DNA of 64,000 nt from the human T2T-CHM13v2.0 reference genome, Homo sapiens: assembly GCF_009914755.1 (NCBI RefSeq), contig NC_060928.1; one strand, written 5' to 3'. Of the stretch, positions 29,790 to 47,075 are shown piece after piece. Below the pieces are notes generated by a model, which worked only from the letters and a program-made list of their open reading frames with translations, ran no database searches and was not told the DNA's origin. The position numbers and the translations under genes were made by a program. Position 1 is the stretch's first letter; the number at the start of each line of letters is the position of its first letter.

Positions 29790-31400
29790 TGATATAAATC
29801 TTAATTCATCAAAAGATTACCAATTATAAACATAATTACACCAAACAAAAGAGGCTCAAGATATATGGAAGCAAACATTTATGACATTAAAGAAAAAATA
29901 GACACTTTAAAATTGTAGTTGGAAACTTCAATATCCACGTTAAAATGATAGTTGGAGACTTCAATACCCCATTTTCAATAATAGATGGAACAACATCTTG
30001 AATCTATTGTTCAAAATGTCTATTTTGATAGATATTCTGATTCATATATATGGTTTGTATATTTTTATTCATATATGTATTTTATGCATGTATTCATGTG
30101 TATATATATTCATGTATTAATACATATACATTATATTCATATATTTTTTTATTCATGAGAATATATATACATATATAGAAATTATATATATTGAAATTAC
30201 ATATATAATTTCAAATAATCCTTAAGAAAGCTTCTAGAGCTAACAAGCTACCTCAAACAAAATTTTAGGTTATAAGATCAACACACAAATGTCAGTTGTT
30301 ATTCTGTATAACAGCAATAAACAATCTGGAAGGAAAATTAAGAAAGCAATATCATTTACAATAGCACTATTAGGAAAAATATATAAAGAAATACATTCTT
30401 CCAAGGTAGTGAAACACTTACATACTGAAACTATAAAACACTGCTGAAAGAAATTAAAGACCTAAATAAATGAAAAGACATCCCATGTTTATAAAAAGAA
30501 AGTCGATAGTGTTAAAATTGTAAAACTTCTATAAATTTATTGTAATGCTTATCAAAATTCCAACAGTCTGTAGTCTGAAGCAAAGAAGTCAATCTAGTTG
30601 TTTCATAGTAATTGCTAGTGGCCTTGAATAGTAAAACAAAACAAAACAAAACAAAAACAAAAAACTTCTGAAAAAAATACAAAGTTGTATGACTCACATA
30701 TTTCCAATTCAAAATTTATTACAAAGATATAGTAATCAAAACAGTGTGGAACTGGCATGAGGATAGATATATAGACCATGGAATATGATAGAATCCATAG
30801 TAGAGTCCAGAAATAATGGTCAATTGATTTTTGACAAGGGGATTAAATCCATTAAATTGAAGAAAAATAATTTCTCTAACAAATGATGTTGGCACAAGTA
30901 GTTTTCCATATGCAAAAAAATAAAGTTGAACCTCTACTTTACTTCACATATAAAAATTAATACAAAATAAATTAATGACCTAAACATATAAATTAAAACA
31001 ATGAAACTCTTAGAAGAAAGCATAGAAGTGTGATTTCATAATCTTAAATATGGCAATAGATCCTTAGATATGAAACCAAAAGTATGAGCAACAAAAGGAC
31101 AAATAGACAAATTAAACTTTGTTAAAATTACCAATTTTTATAAATCAAAAGAAAGCATCAAGCAAGTGAAACAACAACCTAAATACATAACAGGAGAAAA
31201 TATTTGCCAATCATGTATGTTATAAGAGATTAATACCCAGAATATTTAAATAACTTTTAAAACTTAAAAGCAAAAAGAAAAAATTGAGTAAAATGTAAGC
31301 AAAATATTTAAATACACATTTCTTCAAAGATGATATGCAAATGGCAAATAAGTACATGAAAAGATGTTCAACATTAGTAGTGATTAGTGCCATGCAAATC
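29790..31400 (+). mobile_element. L1MA/L1MB ORF2 fragments with an internal TA-rich tract (about 30040-30210)
   Basis: Endonuclease motif gttggagacttcaatacccc, then post-RT sequence (aagatatagtaatcaaaacagtgtgg). Cut by THE1A at atgcaaatc. Confidence 0.8.
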
Positions 31401-31756
31401 TGTATTCGTTCGTTTTCATGCTGCTGATAAAGACATACCCGAAACTGGAAAGAAAAAGTCAGTTCAATTTGTCTTATAGTTCCACATGGCTGGGGAGGTC
31501 TCAGAATCATGGCGGGAGGTGAAAGGCACTTCTTGCATGGCAGCGGCAAGAGAAAAATGAGGAAGAAGCAAAAGCAGAAACCCCTGATAAACCCATCAGA
31601 TCTTGTGAGACTTATTCACTATCATGAGAATAGCCAGGAAAGACTAGCCCCCATGATTCAATTTTCTCCCCCAGGGTCCCTCCTACAACTTGAATTGTAT
31701 TCTGGGAGATACAATTGAAGTGGAGATTTAGATGAGGACACAGCCAAACTATATCA
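31401..31756 (-). mobile_element. THE1A LTR
   Basis: tgtatt...atatca ends. gaagcaaaagcagaaacccctgataaacccatcagatc is THE1A-type. Confidence 0.88.
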
Positions 31757-32040
31757 TTTTGTCCCTGACCCCTGCACATTTCATGTCATCACATTTTAAA
31801 ACCAGTCAAAGTCTTAACTCATTTCAGCATTAACCCAAAAGTCCACAATCCAAAGTCTCATCTGAGAGAAGGGAATTCCCTTCCCCCTATGAGCCTGTAA
31901 ACTCAAAAGCAAGCTACTTACCTCCTAAATACAATGAGTGTACAGGTATTGGGTAAATACAATCATTCCAAATGGGAGAAATTGGCCAAAACTAAGGGTA
32001 ACAGGGGCCGTGCAAGTTCAAAATCCAGTGGGGCAGTCAA
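31757..32040 (-). mobile_element. THE1-int 3' portion, truncated by L1
   Basis: cattaacccaaaagtccaca...ccaaatgggagaaattggccaaaa...gggcagtcaa. Confidence 0.85.
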
Positions 32041-32254
32041 TTTTTTTTTATTATACTTTAAGTTTTAAGGTACATGTGCACAACGTGCAGGTTTGTTACA
32101 TATGTATACATGTGCCATGTTGGTGTGCTGCACCCATTAACTCGTCATTTAACATTAGGTATATCTCCTAATGCTATCCCTCCCCCCTACCCCCACCCCA
32201 CAACAGGCCACAGTGTGGGATGTTCCCCTTCCTGTGTCCATGTGTTCTCATTGT

Positions 32255-36090
<3,836 letters not shown>

Positions 36091-36138
36091 TTATTTTGCT
36101 CGTTAGTTGATGCAGTTTCTTCGTAGTCTTGATGGTCT

Positions 36139-37155
36139 TTACATTTTGGCATGACTTTGCAGCGGCTGGTACCGGTTGTTCCTTTCCATGTTTAGTGCTT
36201 CCTTCAGGAGCTCTTTTAGGGCAGGCCTGGTGGTGACAAAATCTCTCAGCATTTGCTTGTCTGTAAAGGATTTTATTTCTCCTTTGCTTATGAAGCTTAG
36301 TTTGGCTGGATATGAAATTCTGGGTTGAAAATTCGTTTCTTTAAGAATGTTGAATATTTGCCCCCACTCTCTTCTGGCTTATAGGGTTTCTGCCAAGAGA
36401 TCTGCTGTTAGTCTGATGGGCTTCCTTTGAGGGTAACCTGACCTTTCTCTCTGGCTGCCTTTAACATTTTTTCCTTCATTTCAACTTTGGTGAATCTGAC
36501 AATTATGTGTCTTGGAGTTGCTCTTCTAGAGGAGTATCTTTGTGGTGTTCTCTGTATTTCCTGAATCTGAATGTTGGCCTGCCTTGCTGGATTGGGGAAG
36601 TTCTCCTGGATAATATCCTGCAGAGTGTTTTCCAACTTGGTTCCATTCTCCCCATCACTTTCAGGTACACCAATCAGACGTATATTTGGTCTTTTCACAT
36701 AGTCCCATATTTCTTGGAGGCTTTGCTCATTTCTTTTTATTCATTTTTCTCTAAACTTCCCTTCTCGCTTCATTTCATTCATTTCATCTTCCATTGCTGA
36801 TACCCTTTCTTCCAGTTGATTGCATCGGCTCCTGAGGCTTCTGCATTCTTCATGTACTTCTCGAGCCTTGGTTTTCAGTTCCATCAGCTCCTTTAAGCTC
36901 TTCTCTGTGTTGGTTATTCTAGTTATACATTCTTCTAAATTTTTTTCAAAGTTTTCAACTTCTTTGCCTTTGGTTTGAATGTCCTCCCGTAGCTCAGAGT
37001 AATTTGATCGTCTGAAGCCTTCTTCTCTCAGCTCGTCAAAGTCATTCTCCATCCAGCTTTGTTCCGTTGCTGGTGAGGAACTGCGTTCCTTTGGAGGAGG
37101 AGAGGCTCTCTGCTTTTTAGAGTTTCCCAGTTTTTTTGTTCTGTTTTTTCCCCGT
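36139..37155 (-). pseudogene. L1 ORF1p, start codon ATG>ACG and disrupted
   Basis: Fragments 36741-37052 (MENDFDELREEG) and 36408-36698 (RPNIRLIGVPE). ttccccgt at 37148-37155 instead of ttccccat. Confidence 0.93.
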
Positions 37156-38013
37156 CTTTGTGGTTTTATCTACTTTTGATCTTTGATGATGGTGATGTAC
37201 AGATGGGTTTTTGGTGTGGATGTCCTTTCTGTTTGTTAGTTTTCCTTGTAACAGACAGGACCCTCAGCTGCAGGTCTGTTGGAATACCCTGCAGTGTGAG
37301 GTGTCAGTGTGCCCCTACTTGGGGGTGCCTCCCAGTTAGGCTGCTCAGGGGTCAGGGGTCAGGGACCCACTTGAGGAGGCAGTCTGCCCCTTCCCAGATC
37401 TCCAGCTACGTGCTGGGAGAACCACTGCTCTCTTCAAAGCTGTCAGACAGGGACATTTAAGTCTGCAGAGGTTACTGCTGTCTTTTTGTTTGTCTGTGCC
37501 CTGCCCCCAGAGGTGGAGCCTACAGAGGCAGGCAGGCCTCCTTGAGCTGTGGTGGACTCCGCCCAGTTCGAGCTTCACAGCTGCTTTGTTTACCTAATCA
37601 AGCCTGGGCAATGGCGGGCACCCTCCCCCAGCCTCGCTGCTGCCTTGCAGTTTGATCTCAGACTGCTGTGCTAGCAATCAGCGAGACTCCGTGGGCGTAG
37701 GACCCTCCAAGCCAGGTGTGGGATATAGTCTCGTGGTGCGCCGTTTTTTAAGCCCGTCGGAAAAGCGCAGTATTCAGGTGGGAGTGACCCGATTTTCCAG
37801 GTGCCATCTGTCACCCCTTTCTTTGACTAGGAAAGGGAACTCCCTGACCCCTTGTGCTTCCCGAGTGAGGCAATGCCTTGCCCTGCTTTGGCTCAGGCAT
37901 GGTGCGCGCACCCACTGACCTGCGCCCACTGTCTGGCACTCCCTAGTTAGATGAACCCAGTACCTCAGATGGAAATGCAGAAATCACCCGTCTTCTGCGT
38001 CGCTCACGCTGGG
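37156..38013. promoter_or_regulatory. L1 5' UTR with sense (- strand) and antisense (+ strand) promoter region
   Basis: CpG-rich L1PA2-type UTR. The YY1 motif is absent because of the 5' truncation. Confidence 0.75.
37611..37918 (+). pseudogene. L1 ORF0, frameshifted just after its ATG
   Basis: ATG at 37611 (atggcgggcaccctcc). The ISDCCASNQRDSVGVGPS frame begins 41 nt later, i.e. out of frame by a 1-nt deletion. Confidence 0.75.
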
Positions 38014-38213
38014 CGCATCTTTAAAGAAGAATTAAAATAAGTATTGAAATTACTTGCAGTGACATTTTTTTTTCCCTATTCAATGGGACCCAGCCTACAG
38101 TCATTGGGTTTATAACCGTGAATTGGCTCAGACATCAAAATTGAGCAAGGCATAATTTTTTTTTTTACTGGAGTGGTTGATAATATCTTCCTATTTTTTT
38201 TATTCTACAAATT

Positions 38214-38273
38214 GAGCAAAACTTTATTCTTCTGACCAACTAAGAGCAAAACTTTAGTCTTCTGACCAACTAT
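38214..38273. repeat. 2 x 30-bp tandem duplication
   Basis: gagcaaaactttattcttctgaccaactaa / gagcaaaactttagtcttctgaccaactat (28/30 identical). Confidence 0.9.
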
Positions 38274-38876
38274 CTTAACCCTGAAAACTGATCTATTAAC
38301 TAATGCCAGAGCCTCCTTTAGGTCAAGACACCATAAATGCCAATTTCTTATTGCTTTCATTATGCCACTTTGCATAAAATAACAATCGGCTTCTACACTC
38401 TGAGCTCCTGGACCCATTATTAATAACAGACATTTCACATTCACATAGCAGCCTTCTCTGTCATCTTGCTTTGCATAGAGCCATCACTGCCACGTTTCTC
38501 AAAGAGGCAAGTACTGTCAAGCCATTTTCAATGTCCTCTATCTGTTAATATTCTAATAGCTTGTTTTTACCCCTTTTCCACATATCTAATGATGTTTTCC
38601 TATTAGCATGCAAATATGATTGAGACTTAAACTAGTTAATTGTCAAGCTGAGCAATGTTTTATGTATAATTTCAGAAGAATGCTGAATTTTCTGCTACCA
38701 TGGGATTATGTGTGCCCTCTAGATCAACATAATTCATTCCCATCTATCTAGACTTAAGCTAACCAATTCAAAGGTGCTATCACTGTTAGAATATTCATAT
38801 AATGTTGAATTTGATATATCTATTGTACTGCATTCAATCGTATATACCTATTTCCAGCTGCTACTGTTGTCTGTGA

Positions 38877-39233
<357 letters not shown>

Positions 39234-40554
39234 TAAACTACATTTTGGTCTTGCTTGCTCTAGGGGCTTTCTATAAAATTGTGCCTGAGGCAAATTGAAT
39301 AATATTGCAGGATCTGGTGAATAATTTACCTTTATTTTTGAACATTTTTCATGTACTTTTAAAATAACCAATGCATGAAAAGAGTTAAGCAACTAAATTG
39401 ACTTCTTGTGTATACCATTTGCACACAAATCAAATATTCCAGCTTTCAATATATATTTTCCTGATCTTATTTGCTTAGTTTTGGATGAAAGTTCTGAAAG
39501 CTGGTAATCTACTGAGAAAAATAAATACTTCTATCACTCTATGTTCTAAAAGGCATAAGCTATATGAAACTCACAGAGTCTCCCCATAAAAATAAACACA
39601 AGAAAAAAAGGCAATTTATACAAATTAATTTTCAAGCTATTTGTGTTTGCTTAGTGTAGAAGACAATTGTTTTTCTAATTAATATAGTTACTATTTCTTG
39701 AGATTATTTTCTTTAGAGTTGTTAGAAGTAGACTTTCTTGTGTATGCTTTCATTGGCCTTCTTTAAAAAATTTTAAATACAGGTGTAAGCTACTTTTTTA
39801 AAAAAATGAAAGCAATTTAAAAATCCAAACTGTGTTAGACTATAAAGTGTCAAAATAAACTTGAGATGGAGGCTAATAATTGTTTTGTTTTCTTGCTTAC
39901 ATTTAGCTCTGAAATGTAGTCAGAGCTCTTCCATCAATCACACATACAAATTAAAATTTAATTTAAAAATTACTGCTGAAAACTTTTAAAATATTGTATT
40001 TTTTTAGGGGGAAGATGGAACTTAACTGGTGAGTTCAATTATAACAATATATTTTTCCAATGAATTCTGAAATTAAACTTTTTTTTACAAAATTTTATCA
40101 CTTTCCATGCATTTTTTCCTGCTTATTGACAAATACAGAAGTTTGGATTTGTGTTTATAGAAACACTTTATATAACGAGATTAAAAGTATGAGAAGCTCA
40201 TAAGTAGTAATTGGAAAATTACTATATGAGGCACTAGATAATAAAACTAATAAATGTGTTAACTCAAATCTCACAACAAAAATTTCCGAGCTGGTTCTTT
40301 GAAAAACCTTAGGACCAATTTATATAAAACACTCTTGCAATAAGCTTCCCAGTTCATTTATTTCTTTTGAAATAATTTACTCTCTCTTGCTTTTTTTGCT
40401 GAGAAAATACGACTTCAAAGATAGTGTTCATAAAACTGTGGTAAAAAACTATACTTACTATAGTATTTCTCTTACCACATGGCTTTATATCACTGAGAAA
40501 AAATGCTATATGGGTCAATTTTAATATTCGTAATAGAGAAATGATACATACCTG

Positions 40555-40746
40555 AATTGATACGCTGGTAAATGTGTAAAAATTGACTCTTGGGTGAGAG
40601 AGCTCTATTTATAGTGTTTGGCAATTTGTGTGATATAAATACTTCTAGCAGTGCTTATTTCAAGCTACTAGTATGATATCTTGAAAACAAAGTTGCAAAA
40701 AGAAGCAACATTCAAGCCTGAATAAGATGCTTCCAGTACACCACCC
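40555..40746 (-). mobile_element. MER63A-like hAT-Blackjack element
   Basis: gctggtaaatgt...atttcaagctac...ttccagtacaccac matches the MER63 termini and core. Confidence 0.65.
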
Positions 40747-43709
40747 TTTACCTAAAATTGGAGTTTTGAAGTAAATGTGTGATAATTTTTGTTAATAACT
40801 TTGCACAATAATTTATTATAATTCAGACAGGTTACAACTCTAAATCATATTTTTTAATCCTAATTACTCATAGCTTTGCTTGTTTATAAGTTCTACTACT
40901 TGAACAGACCCATATGCTATGTTTGCTATCTTCCAGCTTTTGTTAGGTAGGTAGTAGCGGTGGGGAGGGCGGAAGTAAAGTGAAGTTGTAACAGTAATGA
41001 AAAAGGGGTTAACTAATTTCTGCTAATGAAGTATCATACTACAACTTCAAGGCAGTCACCACATAAGAAGTAGGGAGATTTACTACTTCAGTCAGAATTC
41101 CATCATATAAACAAAACTACTAGAAACGATATAGAATATGGAACTTAATGTAAGTGTGTGACCTTACATAGTTGTACCAGTTAGTTAAACATTTATGTTC
41201 TTTAAAAAAAAAATCTTGCTGGGACTGAATTTTGGAAGGGCAGACAGTGGAGAGATAAAATGGATGTGCAGTGGAAAAAAAAACAAGAAAAAATTAAAAC
41301 CCGTAAGAAAAACCTGGAAGCTGTATTGGTCTCCCATTGCCTTCAAATCTCAAATTTTGTGATACAGGTGATCTGCTGGAGAAGCTGTCCAATTTCATCA
41401 TAGGCTTAGGTAATTAGGCTTATTTAGAGGCTTGTTGAAATCTTATATAAAATCCTCAGTGACCAAATTATACAGTACATATCAATGCACTATATCTTCG
41501 TGGTTTAATTTCGTTGTTGTTGTTGTTGTTTTCTGAATGTCTTAGGACTACAAAACTACGAAAAGGACTTGCAATAGATACAGTGTTGATAAGGAGGCTG
41601 ATTTCTTAGGAGAAAGAAAATCAGTTACAGCTGTTATCATTTATATCACCATTCCCTACAAAGATCACACTGGAATAGCTGTTTGCCAACTTTGCCAATC
41701 TTAGTAAAAATGTTGTAATAAAAGTGAAAGCCAACAGGGGTAAAAGATAATCTCACAAGTGTCTTAAAATGTTCTTATTGGAGTGGAGAAAGACAGCACT
41801 CTTGTTACTCTTAAATTTCTTCCTTACGTTTTCTGAGCATTCCTCTATGCACTTTCAAGCTCAGCAGCGACTTTCAAAAAGAGGCAATGGAGAAGAGAAT
41901 TGATAAACGAATATCTTAATAATTTAAGTGGCACTAAGGAGAACTAGGAATCATTAAGAGAAGCAATATCTAAGAGCAAAGGCTTCAAGTTGTGAGTACT
42001 ATTAGTAGAAAATCCAACATAAAGAAATCAGGAATTCTATTATAAGCCTGGAGATTGAAACTGTGGAGCAGAGCTCAGCTATTTAATAAAATGCTCCAGT
42101 TGGTTATGTCTAGAGCTAAACTTGTCTCTAAAAATGCATCAAGATTTATTCAAAGACACCTGAAAGCTTTATTTTTAATGAAAAAAAATCTATATTTGAA
42201 TTAAAGACAATGGCCTATCTCTCATGCATTTTAATTGTCTTTGGTACTGGATTTATCATTATCAATGTTATCATCATCCTCCTCTATACAATCATCATGG
42301 CTCCATGTAGGTTCTTAAAAATAAGTCATATTTTTAAAGAGGCAAAACATTCCTTCCTGACTTTTACCACCTTTCACTTCCCAGAAAAGAACCAAGTATT
42401 ACATGCACTGGGTTTTGAAACATGTGGGAAATGGTAGAATTTATTATATCAAATACACATAATAAGCTAAGATAATTTTATGCTACGACATGGAGGGAAA
42501 AATGCAGCTGTTGTTACACCTCTCTCCTTAGGGTAGTGGTACCTAAATATGCTAATATCTCTGGGCCAGTGTTAACCACTTGTGGCTCACTGATTTGAAA
42601 TCCCCTAAGGAAATCACATTTAAATTAAAATCTATTTGCATTAAAGCAAGGTGTGAAAACAGGCATTAGGGACTACAGGCAAAATTAAGATTTAATTTGG
42701 AATTTTTTTTTCTTCTTAATCATTAAGAATATACCAGGAAGAAAAAATATATTTACTTCCCCGTGGTACTGAGATAAATATAGGCAATGGGATGGAAAAG
42801 AACAATTAGATCCACATTCAAACCAACAGAGAATGAGAATTTTCCTCAGAATTTTTGAGAAAGTTTTTTGACCACTAGTTTTTTTTGTAAGAACATGTTT
42901 TGTAACAGATTGAATCTCTTTAATAAATAAAGACAGCTCACTTGCCCATTTTGTTCTATCAGTTTGCCAAATTATATTTTATTTTATGTTGAGTTTGTTC
43001 AGTTTCACTAATTTGTTAATTTTTGAGATGGAATTATTTATATCCTGTTACTATATTTCAAAATGACTGCAGAGTCTGTAAGGACCCTCTGCCTTCTCCT
43101 CCCCAAACCCACCCCCACATTGTTATATTCTTATATTGGAATATTGGCAATTTATGATGTTTTCTTTCTGCTTTTTTTTTGAACTCTGTCATTCTAGAGT
43201 GTTATTCATTTGATTAATGAAGCTAAGAACTAGCTTTTGGCTTAGTTGATTTTCTATATTGAACATTCCTTTGTGTTTCATTGAAAAATCTTTATTTCCT
43301 TTCTCTACTTTGAGTTACTAAAATTTTTCTAGCCATAGAGATACCACCTTAGATCACTTTTTAAAAGGCACTCTTGCTTTTTAATTAAATACATATTTTT
43401 ACTTATAAATTTCTATTTTATCTTTGTTTTAGTTACATCAAAAAAGTATTGACATATATTGTCATTGATATTCAGTTTAAATTTTTTCTGTTTTTAATTG
43501 TGATTTCTCCTTTAAACCATAAATAATTCAGATGGTTATTGTGTTGATTCCATCTAGTTAGAAGCTTTTCTAGTTGTTTAATTCCACTGTGATCAGAGAA
43601 CACATTTTATATGACACCAATCATTTGAAATAGCTTGATGATTTCTCTATGGCCTAGTATATAGTCAAATTTACTAAATGCTCTATCGCTACCTGAAATG
43701 ATACATATT

Positions 43710-43941
43710 GTTTTATGGTCTGCATGTTTGTGTTTCCCCAAAAATTCATATGTTTAAATCCTAATCCCCAAGGTGATGGTGTTAGGAAGTGGAGACTTTG
43801 GGGGATGATATGTCATAATGGTGGAGCCCTCTGGAATGAGTCCCAAAGGAACTCATTCATCTCTTCCACCATGTGGGGACAGGCAAGAAAGCACTATCTA
43901 TGAATCAGAAAGCAGGCCCTACCTTGGTATAGACTAAGACA
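43710..43941 (+). mobile_element. MLT1A-like LTR, internally deleted
   Basis: tatggtctgcatgtttgtgtttccccaaaaattcatatgtt start and gactaagaca end. Confidence 0.8.
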
Positions 43942-44412
43942 TTGTGTTATATTGGTTCAATGTTCCAAAAATATATCTATGTGGACCAAGGTTTTAATTA
44001 TAATTCCTAACCATTACTGAATTTGTTCTGCTTTTCCTAGTTATTGAGATGTATATTAAATTCCCCCTCTCTGATTGCAAGTGTTTCTATTTCTTTTATT
44101 TCTGTCAGTTTCTTCTTCCTTTATAAATTATGAGGCTATAATGTTGGAGGCATATACAAGTAGGATTATGTCATTTAATGAATTAATCACATTTATTACT
44201 GTAAAAGACATTTTACATATTACTGTAATAAATGTTCTGCCTCAAAATTGAGTATGTGCGACTAAATATTAGTATGGCTCAACCAGCTTCCTTTTATTCA
44301 GTGATTTTATGTAATATAAATATTTTTATTATTTTGTTTTAGCCTCTGTGTTTTATATTTAAGATACGTCTCTTAAAAGTGGCATATTGCTGAATAGTTT
44401 TGGTTTATCTAA

Positions 44413-44787
<375 letters not shown>

Positions 44788-44948
44788 TCTTGTGACTATT
44801 TTTTTAACCTTCTGTTTGGTGTTTCTTTATTCTCTCATATTGAACCTACTTGTGGGATAATCAATATTTTCTATTATGCCATATCCTACATCTGTCTCTT
44901 TATTAATTTTCTTCTGTTAGAAAATACACATACATTAATATTTAGTAG

Positions 44949-45653
44949 TCACAAAGACTCTCTCCTTGACCATAATACTGTCAGATTGCTCTAAGCCCTC
45001 TTCTCAACTAGGCCTCAACTCAGCTCTCTAAGAACTGCAACTCTCAACACAGTTTAAACTATCCTCCACACAAAGACACTTTTAAACACTAGTATCATTT
45101 CTATCAGCAAAGGACATTCACTTGGCTGATGACCCCAATTCCCTTCAATGCCAGTTTGAGAATGCTAAATGCTACCAAAAGAATTTTCTGTGCTTTCTAG
45201 CCACAATCTTCATGTAAGCCCTAACCTCCCTTTTCTTCGAGCATTTAGGAAACTTGCAATGGTAAATCTTTTGTCTATTTGAGTTGCTTATTCTACAACC
45301 AAGGATCCTGGGAACCATCCCTCTAAAATGGTATCATCAAGAAAGATAGAGCCCCTGTCTTCCAGTTCCTTTAGAAGAGTAGAAATATTACTTTGATAAG
45401 GGCCAGTTAGTGGACACAAACGGCCTAATCACTTTGGCCAAGTTCCTTAGCTGCTTTTTGTAATTTTCCACATCCCTAACTCTGCTCAAACTCATGCTCA
45501 GTCTGCAGCCCTATTCCCTCATTCTCCCTTTAAAATGGCCAATCACCTCTGCACATATTGGAGTTGAGCTAATCTTTCTACTGCAGCAGTTTGAATAAAA
45601 TCTGTTTTCTCACCTTAACAAGTATCTGGCTTTGTTTGTTTGTTGTTTTAACA
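44949..45653 (+). mobile_element. MER67-like ERV1 solo LTR
   Basis: Starts tcacaaagactctctccttgacca, has AATAAA near 45595, ends tttaaca. 4-bp flanks gtag/gtaa. Confidence 0.75.
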
Positions 45654-45659
45654 GTAATT

Positions 45660-46640
45660 ATTGCCACTCTTTCAAAGAGGTTTTAACAAGTTAAATTTCA
45701 GCAGAGGTATAAGATGGTTCTGCTTGTTCCATATTCTCACCCACACTTAGCAGCTTTCTCTTGGTATCTTTGTTTCCTTTTTGCTGTTGGTATTCATTCC
45801 AATAGATATATAGGTTTCACATAGTTGTATAATTTCCATTGCTCAGGTAACTAATAAAATTATTTTTCCTATGCTGTTTAGCCATGTGGATGTCCTCTTT
45901 TGTTAGTCTTTTAATAAAAGACTATCATTTAAAGTCTTAAAGGTAATTAAAAATAGTTTGCCTTTTATTTCTTGGTTATTTATATATCTGAGATATGAGT
46001 TTTTTGCCAGACTGATTTATACCACCATCTTCTTCTACTCTACAGCTTGCTTTGTCACATCTTTAAAAATGCCTGTTGATCAACAAATTTTATATAGTCT
46101 CATTAATCAATAATTTTATTTTAAAATTCTTCACTTTCTGTGTTACATTTAAGAGAAAATGTTTGCCTTCTTTAAAGTCATGAAGGTTTTGTTTTCTATT
46201 ATTTTCTCCAAAACTTTTGCTTTATATTTTACATTTCAACCTTCAAGACACTTGACATTATTTACTTTCAGGTGTAATGTTTGTTAGAGGTTAACTTTCT
46301 ATTACTTTTTCATAGGTGTATTCCATTTATACACCACTGCTCATTGAAAATACCATCTGTTCATCACTGCGCTAACATGTCAGCAGTGCCACAAGTCAGT
46401 TAATGCATGAGTCTGATTTTGGATTTTTTTTTTAATTTGGACTCAAAGTGTACTCTGTATTTACTATTGTCCTATAATAAGTTTTAAATTCTTCTTCAGA
46501 CGTATTTAGCTACATGTGAATTCTTTTTATTTTCATTAACACCAGCTGGTCAAATTATGCATGTGTGTACAGACATAAATATAGAAAAACACCAAGGATT
46601 CCATCTGGAATGCAATACATCTATTGATTGATTTCAGGAG
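45660..46640 (-). mobile_element. L1ME-like ORF2/3' fragment
   Basis: gcttgttccatattctcacccacactt and ttagccatgtggatgtcctcttttg decayed L1 motifs. Confidence 0.6.
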
Positions 46641-46695
46641 TAACTCCATGAATATGAAACATCATTGAAAATTGGGGCCACATTCTTCACCACAT

Positions 46696-47075
46696 TGTTA
46701 TAACTTAAACCTTAAATTGCCTGTGTAATGTAACAAATGTTTGGATTTGTTTTTCTCTATTGATAGTTTGCCATTCTTAACCAAGAGCTTGCTTCTCAGG
46801 ACAACAAATTGCATTTAATAACTTGCCTCAAGCCTCTTACCTTCCAATATCTGCCATTGAATTTTGCCCAGTCTCGACCAGGTTAATACCTTGACTAACA
46901 CACTAAACCACTTAAGAAAAAAAATAACTTATGAATATCTTTCCTTAATGACCCTTTCTCAGACACTACTGAGATACTGTCAAAGTGGGCTCCTATTTGC
47001 TAAAGTAATTTGTGTAGTCAACTCTGGTTGATCAACAGTTTGTAGGTGTCTTGTGTGGAAGAGTCAGCAGTGAAC
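46696..47075 (+). mobile_element. Probable old ERV1 LTR (MER110/MER90-like)
   Basis: TG start (tgttataacttaaaccttaaattg) and end gttgatcaacag...gagtcagcagtgaaca. Family assignment is from recall. Confidence 0.4.

Noticed and set aside
41170-41400. Possible old LTR fragment
   Set aside because: I could not assign termini or a family with confidence.
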